Shown here: piece after piece, positions 49,901 through 63,258 of the stretch | How positions within the stretch are numbered: the first letter of the stretch is position 1 | Layout: every line of letters starts with the position of its first letter | Assembly: GCA_050273025.1 (NCBI GenBank) | Contig: CP158636.1 | Coordinates: 5,766,001 to 5,830,000 of the forward strand | Source of the DNA: Cenococcum geophilum | Taxonomy: Eukaryota | Length of the DNA stretch: 64,000 bases | Direction of reading: 5' to 3' | Notes under the pieces: generated by a model | Databases searched by the model: none | What the model saw: the letters and a program-made list of their open reading frames with translations, nothing else | What the model was told of the DNA's origin: nothing | Program-made: the position numbers and the translations under genes

Positions 49901-52253
49901 TGAAGTTGTTAAGCATCAAAGACATTTTGGTGGCCACGTCGCAACCCTGCTTGGCAGCAAAGATATTTCTTCCAAGGACCCATTTGACCTTAAGGCTCTG
50001 AACAAAAACTCCCGAAAGAAGCTTGAGCATTACCAAGAACTATTCTTCATTCTTCAGACCCAGTCACAATATCTGGCACGTCTGTTCAAGAGGATTAGAG
50101 AGCAAGGTCTAGCGGAAAAGGACTGCAAGCACATCGAGAAACTAATGATGGGCCTCTTCGGCCTCGCGCAGAAGCGGAGAGAGGAATATTACCTTCTGAA
50201 GCTTATGTCCAGATCCATAAAAGAAGAAGTTGATGGATGTGTAAATCTGCAGGAGTATCTTCGTGGAAACTTTTTCTGGTCAAGGATTTTCAATAGCTAC
50301 GTTCGTTCTCCTCGGGATCGCAAATTCTTGAGGGCCCTCTTTGGCCCTTTGATCAAAGAAAATATCATGGAAAACGACGGCTTGGACCTAGAGAGTGATC
50401 CAATGCAGATTTACCGATCAGCGATCAACAACGAAGAGCTGCGGACTGGTCAACGAAGTCGAAGAATACCAGACATACCCCGCGAAGAAGCCATTCGGGA
50501 TCCTGAGACGCGAGAAACATTTATTCGGCATCTCCAAGACCTGCGCGACATTTCGGACCAATTCTTTTCTGCTCTTGAGGATGTATTGCATAAGATGCCC
50601 TATGGTGTCCGCTTCATTGCGCAGCAGACTTTCGAGCTCCTCCACGCCAAATTCCCTTATGAGGCTGACCATAATCTCCTCCAAATTGTTGGTCACTGGA
50701 TCTGGAAATCATACCTCCAACCGGCTTTGCTACAGCCTCAGCATTGGGGTGTGGTAGACCGTGGCCTGTCTCCACTCCACAACCGCAATTTGGGGGAAGT
50801 TGCCAAAGTCCTAAGTCAAGTCGCAGCCGGTAGGCTATTTGGAGGAGACAATGTCTATCTTCAACCGCTCAATAGCTACGTTACTGAAGCCATTGAACGG
50901 CTACATGAAATCTGGGCCAATCGTAAGTTTAATCGCAAGCATTACTATAACGAACACTAACATGCCTGACAGTTATCAACGTTCGCACTGCGGAAACTCA
51001 ATTCGACATTGATGAATTTAATGATCTTTACGCTAGAACGAAACCCACCCTATATATCAAGCTTGCAGATATCTTCGCCATCCATAACCTTGTAGTCACC
51101 GACATTGCTACTCTCTGTCCTTCCCAAGACGACGTACTTCGAGAGGTCATCCGCGAGCTTGGCAGCGCAAAAAACAATGAAAACGAGATGTTACATGTGA
51201 GCTCCACAGAGATCACCTTGACTCTCAATCCGAAGCTGCATGACAAAGAAGGTATGTCGCTAAAGCCTTTTCTTCTCTAACTCCTTTATAGAAACTAATA
51301 TGATATTAGACCCCGAAGCCGCTGTTAAAGCGCTCTTTATGGAAACCAAGCGCTACGTACTCTACATAATTCGCATCCAAAGCGGTTCCAACCTCATGGA
51401 GATCATGGTCCACCCAATTACCCCCGAAGACGAGGATCGCTGGGACGCCTTAGTCCGCGAAGAAATGGCCGTCCACAACACCCAACGCGCCAGCAAGCTC
51501 CGCAGCTCCGCAGCCTCCACCTACACAACCGACATGAGTTCAGCCACCCTCCTCGACATGGACTACCCTTCTCTAAAACGCCAGGCACTCGAGAACATCC
51601 TCACCCTCGAAAGCGCCGGCCGCATCAGCCGCCACAACCACTACCAAGACCTCCTTAACGCCATCGCCGTCGACATTCGTACCAAGCACCGACGGCGGGT
51701 GCAACGCGCCAAAGAACTCGAAGGCGTCCGCGCCACGCTCAGCGCACTGGACGAAAAAGCAATCTTCCTCGACCAGCAGCTCAAATCCTACAACGACTAT
51801 GTCGAGCAAGCGATGGTGACGCTCCAGAACAAGAAAGGCAAGAAGCGCTTCCTACTACCCTTCACGAAGCAGTATAACCACGAGCGCGAGCTGCAGCGCT
51901 CCGGACGCGTGCCCAAGTTCGGCAGCTTCAAGTACTCGGCGCGCACGCTGGCGGAGAAGGGCGTGCTGGTCAGCTGGCACGGCTACGCGGAGCGCCAGTG
52001 GGACAAGCTGGACCTGACCATCTCGAGCAACCAGGTCGGCGTGTTCACGATCGAGGGCAGCATCGGCAGCATGATGATCCCCGGCGCGAGCGCCGAGGTG
52101 CCGCTAGATGGGCTGCTGCAGGCGCAGTTCGATAACCATCAGTTCATGAATCTGTTCGGGGAGGCGGGGAAGGAGAAGGGAGAGGGTGCGCTGCGGTTGA
52201 ACGTTAATCTGTTTCTGCATCTGGTGTTTAAGAAATTCTATCGGGACGAGTAG
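46967..52253 (+). CDS. IQGAP (Iqg1/Rng2/SepG-like), 4 exons
   Basis: CH domain (AYEYLCHIGEAKEW, DLYEKKNIPKVIYCIHAL), many IQ motifs (LQAxxRG), RasGAP-related domain, RasGAP_C and C-terminal FKYSA..L.EKGVL. Confidence 0.95.
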
Positions 52254-52804
52254 GTGTAGGGACTCGGAAGAAGGCGCGCTTGTATCCGGGAGACAGGACA
52301 GGGCAGGGTGGATAAGGGGCGCGTTGGGTCTGCTTGGGTTCGTTGCGCATTGATTGGGTTGCGTCGTGCATTTTCTGGGTCTCTTGGGTTGGCGTTGGCA
52401 CTGTGTTGGACTCTCCCGTTACTTTCTTTCTCTCGCCTTTTGTGGATCTGGATCTGGACTTGCACGGCCTTGCTGTGCGCTACTATATTCTTCTTGTGTG
52501 TTTGATGAGAGGATTGCATGGTTAGAAGATTGTATCTACAGAGAGCATAGCTTCTTTCTTCACGACTTAATGGATTTAAGATAGGAGGAGCATTGGGTGG
52601 TGTGGGTGGTGTAGGTGTAGCAATGGAGATGAGAATATGAGCAGCAGTTGTTATATCTTATATTGAAGTGCGATACTCTCCTAACGGGGTACATCTGAGG
52701 TGATGTCACTTGGTTGCCTCCAACCCGTCAACATACACTCTTTCCCCACTTGATGAACTTACCTGCCCTAGACATGCATTAACTACATGTTGGAACACAC
52801 CTCA

Positions 52805-53958
52805 TTAGCCATTAAAGTCTATCTCCATCTTGTTTGGGCGTTGCACCGTTGGCGACGTTATGGAAACCTCGCTAGCCTCTGCATTGCCACTCAACTCGCA
52901 ACGTGCATCGTCTAGATCAATAGGTTGGTAGCCCCAAAGCGAGCAGTAGATAAAAACTCCCCACCCTAGTACGAAGCTACCCAAGTAAATAACCGCAATC
53001 TAGCAAAAACTGTTAGTTCATCTAGCGAAATGATATCTTTGGTCTTGAGTGGAAGGAATGGAGAGACTTGCATTTGATTGAGGTCCCCATGTTTCTCTTC
53101 GGAGCAAAGGCGTGCCCACAAGAACCGTCAATCCAATTAGATAACATAAGAACGAATATGCAGTAAACATCATAGGGCACTGCCAGGTGAATACCATCTT
53201 CCACCGCACCGTCCAATTTCCTAAGAATTGTTCATCGCGCGGTCTTTCGGAGTCAAAGGACTGAGACGGAGCCGGCAAAAGGAGTTGTGGGAGGTAGCGC
53301 TGAACCGCCTTGAGCGCCTGGGGTGATCTCGGGTCTTCTGGGAGTTCGTCGAGGAGGATGAGGACCTGGATTTGTTGTGCCGAAAGAAAGATCCCGCAGA
53401 TGGAGAGTGTGAGCGAGGCGAACCACAGAGCGGAGGCAATCCAATGCCCGTCTGGGACTATGCTCCAGGAGAATGATGCGGTGATAATAGCAGTAATGGC
53501 GACGCACTACACATGATATCAGCTACTTGGGTCCGAATATTCTTGTTCTGAGATTTACTGCGATGGTAATAAACTCTAGTTCGTTCCTTTTTCGAGTCCG
53601 CCATCGGTTAATCAACGTGAGAACAACAGGAAGGCTATTTTGCTGCGATACATGCTTTGCTATCTCCTCAATGGGCTTGAGCGTGTTGAAATTGAAGAAG
53701 CGGTAGTAAAGAAGTGTGACAAGCCCGACGAGGAGACGCAGGGCACCTTGTGGGAGTGTCTATCAAGTTTTAGTGTCCACTAATGATAAGAAGAAACGGA
53801 TCAAGATGGCCCTGAAATATACACAATAACCTGGAAATAGTAGGAAATCGTGTAAAATCTGTCAAAACCAGGTAATTGTTTCCAATCAAAACCGAAATGC
53901 TACTAACTATAGTAAACCACGCGGCGCGATTCCCAGCTTTGAAATTCGTTTGCGACAT
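52805..53958 (-). CDS. Hypothetical multi-exon fungal membrane protein
   Basis: Spliceable exons encoding RWRTRKRNELEFI, a hydrophobic segment, RWKMVFTWQCPMMF and IAVIYLG...; the 5' exon is uncertain. Confidence 0.55.
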
Positions 53959-54959
53959 CGTATAATCGTCCAGGGCTTGTAAGCAATGTGTAGGAGCTAA
54001 TTGGATTGTCTAGACTCTAAGAATGCCCCATGCATCGTTCGACAGCCTGCCGCTGTCTTCAGGATCTGCGTGCTTCTACCAAAATCTTTTACACCCAGAG
54101 GGAGAACTGGTAGAATATTTATTCGGTTTTAGGGCGTTCGCCTTCCCCTGGTAGCGTTCTACCATCTGGTGATCCGTGCACTGGCAAAATGATGATTGGA
54201 CATCTCAATTTGATCCGATTGGTTCTATTGGCTTCGTTCTTATCGATAACCATGGGATGAATTTTACCGGCGAAGGGATATGACATCCGAATTGAGGCAG
54301 GCTGAAAGGGCCTGTCGTGGTTATCCCGAACGGGCTAGATGTAGTAAAATGACTCGTCTGATCAACATAAGGCCAGGGATCAAAGCCAATCAGCTCGACA
54401 TACCCTGGCACAGTAGCTAGAGATCTTTCTTTTCGGCGCAAGCTGAAGAGCTGAAGTCCGTAGGCCAGAGACGGTTGCACATGACACGATCTCTTTAGGT
54501 GCTGTGGTTAGCGAAGCCACCTCCGCACTTTAGAATTTTGGTGTTTTAGGAGTAGTCGACAAAATACCTACCAGTATTTTAATGCGGCCGCCGCATTCCC
54601 TAAAGAGCGATTGCAGCTGGCATTTTGCATAGAGATCCAAAATTAATTGAATCATATACGCTTCAATTGCTGTGCGGCGCCTAGTGATGTACGCGTCGTT
54701 TCGTAGTCAGTATTTTGTAGAAGCACCGCCTGTCAAATTTCCCCGACTTTAGGCCAAAATCCGGCCAGGTCAGTATTGAACGAGTGAACATGAAATTGCA
54801 ATTGCAGAAGCGTATACACGGAGTAAAGAATGTTGTAACGTTAGCAAAAGCAGTGGTCTTCATTTGGAGCTCGTGGGGTACCTTCTGAATAAAAGGGTGG
54901 CCCTACCATGAGTCAACGAATAGGCGGGATATGGCACATTAGATTATCGGTTGAGTGTA

Positions 54960-55250
54960 AGAGGACGATCTAAGGTTTTCGTCTCTGCTGAAAGAGGAAG
55001 GATTGGATCTCTCAGCAGATGACAAAGATGGAAAGGCGATTCTGCACTACGGTGCATTACACAGCTCACTTGACGAAAATATATTCAATACATCTCGAGC
55101 CTTGGAATGTTGAATGTTGAACTAGGATACGGCTGGAATAACGCCTCTGAAATATGCGGAAGAAGAATTGGATGCATTCCGAAAAGGTTATCTCATAAAT
55201 CCGACGCTCCGCAGAAGATTCGGGCGACATAGAGTAATGCACAGACGCTG
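54960..55250 (+). pseudogene. Degenerate ankyrin-repeat fragment
   Basis: DKDGKAILHYGA and DTAGITPLKYA relics with stops. Confidence 0.35.
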
Positions 55251-57166
55251 AAAAACTCCTGCAAACTCCTGCTAAGTCCTACGAACTCCTAACTTTAGCC
55301 CCCTATATACCCCTATTACCTATAAATCTTCTATAGAGCGTTTAAGAGCTAATAGGCGTCGCTTTAGTAGTAACTAAATATTTTAAATTACGTATCTTAA
55401 CTTTAAATGGCTCTATAGAGGCCCTGCTGATAGTTATTAACGCTTTAATTAATATATTTTAATCTCTAGGTAAATGGAGTTGTGGTGTCGCTGTATCAGG
55501 AAATGGAGGCTTCCTTTCTGGGCAAGGTGCCCTAATTTTTAACCGTAGCTCCGCAAGACTGCCCTTGACCTCAACCATAAAAAGCCCTTTCCCTCGCTAC
55601 TTTTCCTCTCATCCTCCATCTTTCTTCCCTCATGACGCTACGCCGCCCCTATTCTTACTGCTAGTCCCTGGCACGGTCGCATTGAGGCATTTCTGCCGTC
55701 CTGTTAGCGCTCATGCGTACGCAAGTACAGCCCGCTCATTCCTCTTCATTCCTCGTGTCTTAGACTAACAATAAATGCATTTCGGCCTTTCCGATGGGCG
55801 ACTCTTCTTTCTACGACGATGCATGGACGGCCATAGCCTCCTATCCCAATTCCCTTCTCTGGTGCTGATGGCTTCAGTTGTTGTCAAGCTCTTTCAGCGC
55901 TGCTTCTGCCTGCTGAGCGCGTGCACGTCCTCACAATCCTGTTTTCTCTCTCTCTCACGCCCCTTCTTCTCTCGCACCTTAGATGACGCTCATTCGCAGC
56001 CGTCCCATGGAAGGGGGTTGGGGGAAGTCACCACTCACCGGCCGCGTCAGCACCGTCGTCTCATTCGATTCTGCCTGTATCCCTTACCAAGCTAGGGAGG
56101 GACAAGCGTGCCGCATCGCCCCCCTCAGGAGCTTGAGCCAGCTTACATTACACTCATTTTAGCTGGCCCACTTAGTTCAATCACGCGCTCTTTTCTTGCC
56201 TGGGATGCGTTATTAGTTGGACCACCCGCTCCAGCGTTTGCCAATAGCTGAAGCCGCCTGCATTACAACTGGCATACCTGCCAGGCTACTCAGCGGAAAA
56301 CCAGCTGGAGATCACTGATCCGAGCGACCACGCCGTGCGGGGCTATGTTAGGCATCATTCATTTGAACGGAATTCGAACGGACATCGCACGGAGCTTCGC
56401 CTGGGTGGCCACGAATGCCTGGCGGTATGGTTGCATTGCCATGGATGTTTCGGGGATGCCGTTCGGTCTGCTGGTTCAGGGCTAAGGGGCCATCAGCTCC
56501 GGCTGCCTCACTATTTCCGGGGCGTTTGAACTCAGCGACAGAGCGGTGAAGGATCAACGATCCAGCCTTCCAAGCCATAGGGCTATGGTGGGAACCACAT
56601 GGACCAAAACTGGAAAGTTGCAGCTTTTGGGCGCATGGTGGACCAGCGGCAGTGGCACGACTGCGAATGATCTCTGACACTAGCCAGCCAGCCACGTTAG
56701 GAGGGCAAGCATCACGCGGCGTCCCATGCAGTTTTTTGCCCAGCACATTCATGCACATGCACACGATCACGCGAGCGACAGGCGTATCTGTCACTGGGCG
56801 GTTAGCATTGGAGAGCCCCGCCCGCCACCAGCAAGGACACTGCCTCCTTCCGTCATAGATAGCTCGCAACGCGCGCGTATGAGAGGCTTCACATCCTGCT
56901 GATACAAGCGGCGCAGAAGATCAGCTGGATCGGCATTGTTGGGTAGTGAATGGACACGTCAGCGCTGCCCTTTACCAAGGAACGGGGGTGGAGAATCAAC
57001 GCCACCAACCTCCTGATAAGGGGCTAGATGTGACGGCTGTGTCGGAGCTGAACATGCCAGCTCGGGCGAGCGAGAGCTAGCTGGGAAGGGAGGGTTGACA
57101 TGCACTTAAAAAACCTGTGATTCTCCATCAAACCATGAAGCAATTGCAACTCTTACAGCAACAACA

Positions 57167-58895
57167 ATGGCGACAGCAACGTTGGCACCATCTCAATTTT
57201 CGTTTCGTATCCCTCCCGAAATTTCACTTTAGAATAACAATTTCTACACTGGTCCGCCCAGAGAATCGACAGCTTCGTCTCAGCATTATACAATTACAGC
57301 CCCTGAGAAAAGCGCGAGCAGCAAACCCGAAAGAAGGAGCAGGGGAGTCCCTATCTTTCCCCCCAGAAACAATCCCGCGGCCTATCAAGCATGGATAGCC
57401 TTAGGCATGTTATTCTACATAGAACCTTAGCTTTGAGATTTCACCTAACAAACCGCCTGCAGACTCTGAATATGGCTACGAGAATGGCGATGATAATAGG
57501 GATGATGATGAGGACGAGGATGAAAATATCCACGGTGATGCAAATAGCAGTCAAGTCGCTGGAGGAAGCAGCCAAGGTAATTATCCCCAACAATCACCCG
57601 CCACTCTCCATCTTTCCCCAGCAGTTGTAAATATGGAGGTCTAACGACTAGCAGCGAATCCAATAGTTATCGGAGATGATACAGTTGATCTGGACTTAGA
57701 AGCTGAGGGCGACAAAGCCGATGATCAATGGACACCTCGCGAATTGGGTATGCGCTTCCCCTTTAATTTACAATGGTCTTGCTAACAATTAGTAGGTGAC
57801 GGGAATAACGGCAGTGATGACGATGAAGACTGAGGAGCTGCCTTCGTTGGAGGCGCTGGAAGAGCACCTGTGCACACCTGCGCACAATCGTACCATACCC
57901 TCGGCGCTAGACGGCAATCAAACGGATAATTCAGCTGAGGAGCGTCGCATCGGAGCCGTCCCGCAGTTCAGGAGGGAGCTCAGGACGCCGGTAACCGCCA
58001 GTCAAGAGTCTTTAGGAGCCGAGAAGTCAAAAGCGGAGGTTTGATCAGCTCAAGCAACTAGACAACGCTGATTATATCTCCAATACTTCCGTTGGCGAGG
58101 GCGGCGAGAGCCTACGACCCGGGAAGCAGCGAAGATCGCCAGCTTCCCGGAGGACCTCGCCTCCCGGCCCTCCTACCCCTGACCCCAGTGGTGGCGATGA
58201 CCGTATCAAGGAGCGAGCGGCCTCTGCTACACGGCCTACTAGTCCTTTACTTCAGCAATCTTCGTCTTCCTGTGATATTGGACCACCGTAAGACAAGGTT
58301 AACGGTTCAGGTGAAGAATGCGATCACAGCGATAACAACGAGGACGGCGAGAACGTTATGGACGAAGGCAAGGCCGGGAACTACAATGACGGAAGTGGTG
58401 ACAGCGACGATACGGATGATGACGACGCTGGGGACGGCGACAGCAGCGATAGCAACGAGGTTAACGCAGGGCGACGAGGATCGCCAACTCCCATTAGCGG
58501 TCAATCAAAGACAAAGCGTTCTGCAAAGCGTCATCTCCAGCGATCTCGCCATTCCCCTTCAGTTTCATCCACGCACGCGTCCGGCCGTAAGCGGGTTGTA
58601 TCCCACATACATAAATTATCACCTCTAAACCCGAAAACCGTTGCCTAGCTCCGCCTCTAGCTCCGACTCTAACAAAGCAATCCCGGGAGCCGCATCAAAT
58701 GTTGATTCGGGAGAAATTCTGATCCGAGCAGTTTTCAGGCGCCAGGAAGACGGGTCGTATGCACTGGACACCCTCAACGATTCCGCTTACTGGACAACCT
58801 GGTTAAGCAGCCTTAAAAGCCAAAGTTTAGAGTAAAATTCACGGAAGAGGAAGACGCGCTGCTTATTAAGTTAGAGGAGGAACAGAATCTTTCAA
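57167..58895 (+). pseudogene. Degenerate acidic low-complexity protein gene ending in a Myb/SANT-like start
   Basis: Asp/Glu-rich segments, GT-AG introns with CTAAC (~57577-57651, ~57748-57795), stops and frameshifts, and terminal KFTEEEDALLIKLEEEQNLS. Confidence 0.55.
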
Positions 58896-58992
58896 CAGCA
58901 CCGAATATGGGTTCTTGTTTTAAATAATACGTTAATAATAAGGTTAATTTAAGCGACATAATTAAGTACTTAACACTTTACTAGATTAGTTA

Positions 58993-59219
58993 GGTGGGGT
59001 AAGGACCCCAGTTAAGAAGCAAGATAGGACTTCTAGCAGCTCAGACAGGAGGGAAGCCGGTTTCGCTAATGATTATACTTCGGGTTATGCTCCTGGGCTA
59101 GGTTACTCCCAGGCGCTGCAGCCGCACACTTTCTGCAGGCAGCATATTTCTGTACAGTCGCTAGCGAAACCGGCTTCCCCTCGAGTGTAGCTGCTGCAAA
59201 CTTTTAACTCTACCCCACC
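58993..59219. mobile_element. PIF/Harbinger-type MITE
   Basis: TTA|GGTGGGGTA ... TACCCCACC|TTA, with an inner ~30-bp inverted repeat GAGGGGAAGCCGGTTTCGCTA. Confidence 0.72.
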
Positions 59220-59461
59220 TTATATATTCGGTAAATTGACCCTTCATTATCTACTAGGGCGCTGGGTTGAACCTGTACGAAATAGTGCACATCTGCGCGC
59301 ATCCAGGATGCTGGACGAATACTTCATGTTCATTATACATGGAACTGCCGATTTGTAATAGCCCTGATACACTACTTCGCAATCAGACAGCTATACATTG
59401 TTATGCATTGTGATTTATATCTCTGTATAAGTCGGTATGATTTATAAACTAAGATAGCAAT

Positions 59462-62400
59462 TTACGAGCTAGAAGGCGTCCGCTTAACTTGCCATTCATC
59501 CAACGTTTTAAGTGAAGAAACTGTATACGGATGATCTACTCCTAGTATCTTCTTCCGTAACTGGACGCACGCACGCATTAACTCCATAGCCTCATCATGA
59601 CGGTCTTCATTTTTGAAAATCAAAGCAAGATTCTCCATGTTTATCAGTGTGTCAGGATGCTCTTGACCTAATACTCTAGAACATGCTTCCAACTCTTGCT
59701 TCTGTAGGTCTTCGGCCTCCTTCCACCGCCCTTGATTACTGTACGTCGACGCCAGGTTGGCCATGCTAGTCAGCGTGGAAGGATGCTCGTCCCCAAGCAC
59801 CCTCTTTCTCGTCTCTATCACTTGCACAAATAGCTCTTCGGCCTCCTTCCACCGCCCTTGATTACTGTACGTCGACGCCAGGTTGTCCATGCTAATCAGC
59901 GTGGAAGGATGCTCGTCCCCAAGCACCCTCGAGCTCGTCTCCATTACTTGCACCCCCAGCTCTTCGGCCTCCTTCCACCGCCCTTGATTCCTATACGTCG
60001 ACGCCAGGTTGGCCATGCTAGTCAGCGTGGAAGGATGCTCTTGACCTAATACTCTAGAACATGCTTCCAACTCTTGCTTCTGTAGGTCTTCGGCCTCCTT
60101 CCACCGCCCTTGATTACTGTACGTCGACGCCAGGTTGTCCATGCTAATCAGCGTGGAAGGATGCTCGTCCCCAAGCACCCTCGAGCTCGTCTCCATCACT
60201 TGCACCCCCAGCTCTTCGGCCTCCTTCCACCGCCCTTGATTCCTATACGTCGACGCCAGGTTGGCCATGTCAGTCAGCGTGGAAGGATGCTCGTCCCCAA
60301 GCACCCTCAAGTTCGTCTCCATTACTTGCACCCCTAGCTCTTCGGCCTCCTTCCACCGCCCTTGATTCGAAAACGTTGACGCCAGGTTGGCCATGCTAGC
60401 CAGCGTGGAAGGATGCTCGTCCCCAAGCACCCTCGAGATCGTCTCCATTACTTGCACCCCTAGCTCTTCGGCCTCCTTCCACCGCCCTTGATTCAAGAAC
60501 GTCGACGCCAGGTTGGCCATGTTAGTCAGCGTGGAAGGATGCTCGTCCCCAAGCACCCTCGAGCTCGTCTCCATTACTTGCACCCCCAGCTCTTCGGCCT
60601 CCTTCCACCGCCCTTGATTCGTATACGTCGACGCCAGGTTGGCCATGCTAGTTAGCGTGGAAGGATGCTCGTCCCCAAGCATCCTCTTTCTTGTCTCTAT
60701 TACTTGTATCCCCAGCTCTTCGGCTTCCTTCCACTGCCCTTGATCCCTGTACGTTGACGCCAGGTTGGCCATGCTAGTCAGCGTGGAAGGATGCTCGTCC
60801 CCAAGCACCCTCAAGCTCGTCTCCATTACTTGCACCCTTAGCTCTTTGGCCTCCTTCCACCGCACTTGATTCGAAAACGTCAACGCCAGGTTGGCCATGC
60901 TAGTCAGCGTGTCTGGATGCTCGTCCCCAAGTACCCTTAAGCTCGTCTCTATTACTCGCACCTCTAGCTCTTCGGCCTCCTTCCACCGCCCTTGATTCCT
61001 GTACGTCGACGCCAGGTTAGCCATGCTAGTCAGCGTGTCTGGATGCTCGTCCCCAAGCACCCTCGAGCTCGTCTCCATCACTTGCACCTCCAGCTCTTCG
61101 GCCTCATTCCACCGCCCTTGATCCATGTACGTCGACGCCAGGTTAGCCATGCTAGTCAGCGTGTCTGGATGCTCGTCCCCAAGCATCCTCTTTCTCGTCT
61201 CCATCACGTGCACCCCCAGCTCTTCGGCCTCATTCCACCGCCCTTGATTCCAAAACGTTCAACGCTAGATTGGCTATGCTGCTTAGCGTGTCTGGATGCT
61301 CTAGCCCCAACGCTTTTTCGTACCCCTCTAGCGCTCGCCGGTTCATCTCCTCTGCCGTGCTGTAGTTTCCTCTGTCATTAGCGTACCATGCAGCATTAAA
61401 CAGGATCGAAGACCACTTTTCTAGGTGGGCCTCATTTGTCGGTCGATATGCAAGAACATTTTCTGCGTGTGGAAACAAATCTAGACACGTTTTCCAGTTC
61501 TCGTATCGCCCCACCGGGAAAGCCTCATCTATCACGTTAATATACTGCTCTTTCCATTTCTCTAGCTCGCTGTTTATCTCTAGCCATGCCCTCGTTGAGA
61601 ACTGAACCAACCGATGCATCTCAAACACGTTCCCGTCTACGTTCATCCCGATTAACGAATAACTGCTTAGTATGTGTATGTCGTCTTCGAAGTCATCCTC
61701 CACGTCGTCTTCCTGGTAGCAATGATTAAGTAGTGATTCGGGAATCCCTTGACGGTCGAAGAGACTCATAAGCGATAGTAGCCGAGCAGCTGAAGGCTTA
61801 TTTTGTCGGATATGTTCGAACGAGATCTGCCAGGTGGCGATGATAGAGTTCGATGCTCTACCGTCTCTGCGGGAATCTCCGACATCCATCTTAAGTAGAC
61901 TTGCTCTTTCTTTGTCGCCCCTAAGATCTTGTAGATATCTAGAGACTGTGGTACGCGGTGCTCTTTGGCTGATGTATGCCGCGGCTTGGGTAATGGCAAG
62001 AGGCATGTAGTCGAGCGTCTGTAGCAGTTCCACCTCATCGTCCCTTTCCAAATCAGTGCCGAGTTTCTTTTGAAGGAGAGCTAGAGCATGGCCTTGGTCC
62101 ATTGGGTTGACCTTTATAATGTCTGAGGTGCTTTCCGTCAATTTGTAAGCTAGCTCTCGGTTCCGAGAGGTGATGAGGATAGATCCACTTGGCGATTGAG
62201 GAAGGAAGTCCGACAAAGAGTTTGCTTGTGGGGCTGAACTGCTACTCCCGTCCTTACTTGCACTTCCATCTCCTTGATGGGAAAAGACGCTAGGATCGTC
62301 GGCATTGTCAACTATCATGACCCAGTGGCCATTCGCCTCGTCGCAAAGCCAGTTGCTAACGAGACGGAGTATATCGGCCTCCGGCTTATCCCAGCCAGGG

Positions 62401-63258
62401 ATCTTTACTCGTTCGGCAACTTTCCTGTAGCCTTCTTCGAATCTGGCCGCGCTACTTGCGTGGACCCAAAAAACCCAGGTTTCCGGTGATCTCTCCCGTA
62501 CTTGGTAGGAGTACTCAATAGCAAGTTGAGACTTCCTGCTTGCATCGTTAGTTTGGTCTATCTTCGAGTTCTTCTAGCTAGCAACGTACCCAACGCCTCC
62601 AAGGCCTACTAGCGCCGTTCGGGATGCTGGCTGGGAACATCTCTGATGTAATTCGGAGAGGATATCGCGATCCACAAAGTCTCGATCACGCCGAAAAGGG
62701 ACTGTTGAGGATGGAGTTGGTCGTGGTGACGGGTTTTCTAATTAAGGAGTATTAGCTCGACTACCTACATCCTATATCTATAGTATATCGTTACAAAGAC
62801 GTACGTATTGGAGGTTGTAATGTCGATGAGGTAGCGGCATGGTAGTATGTCAATGTCTGGATATAACCCTGCAGGTCCGTCCGTATCTTCCTGACTTTTC
62901 CATCCTGGCGAAGGCTCGAAACCGCCTTTCTACTTTTCTCTCTCCAAGAGTCACCTGATAGCGGCAATACTTTCCCAATCACAATATTAAGTAATCCTAT
63001 CTGTGTTCGGCACCCATCGATGGCGGGGAGGAGAGCCTCTTTAGTTTCGTCCCGTACAGAGCCAGTCTGAATGGCAGTTTTGGTCTGTTCAAGGGTGTCG
63101 AGTAGCACCGGCAATTCGGCTTTGATATGTTGAAAAGTTTTTGGTATCTCGCCTACACTGGATTGGAACTCGTTGAGACGAAGCAAGACTCTGGAGCCAA
63201 AGTCGACGAGCTGGACGATACTGGCCACAACGCCAACGACGGCGAGGGCTTCTGCCAT
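59462..63258 (-). pseudogene. SesA/HeLo-like N-terminus - NB-ARC - TPR NLR with one frameshift
   Basis: Exons 63258-62805, 62737-62590 and 62535-59462. MAEALAVVGVVASIVQLVDF, VPFRRDRDFVDR, P-loop ALVGLGGVGKSQLA, WVMIVDNAD, ILITSR, MPLAITQAA, MHRLVQ. An extra base at 61258/9 uncouples the TPR array (real lesion or sequencing error). Confidence 0.88.
59600..61330 (-). repeat. High-internal-conservation TPR array, about 13 x 126 bp
   Basis: LGDEHPSTLTSMANLASTY.NQGRWKEAEEL units at 126-bp spacing. Confidence 0.95.
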
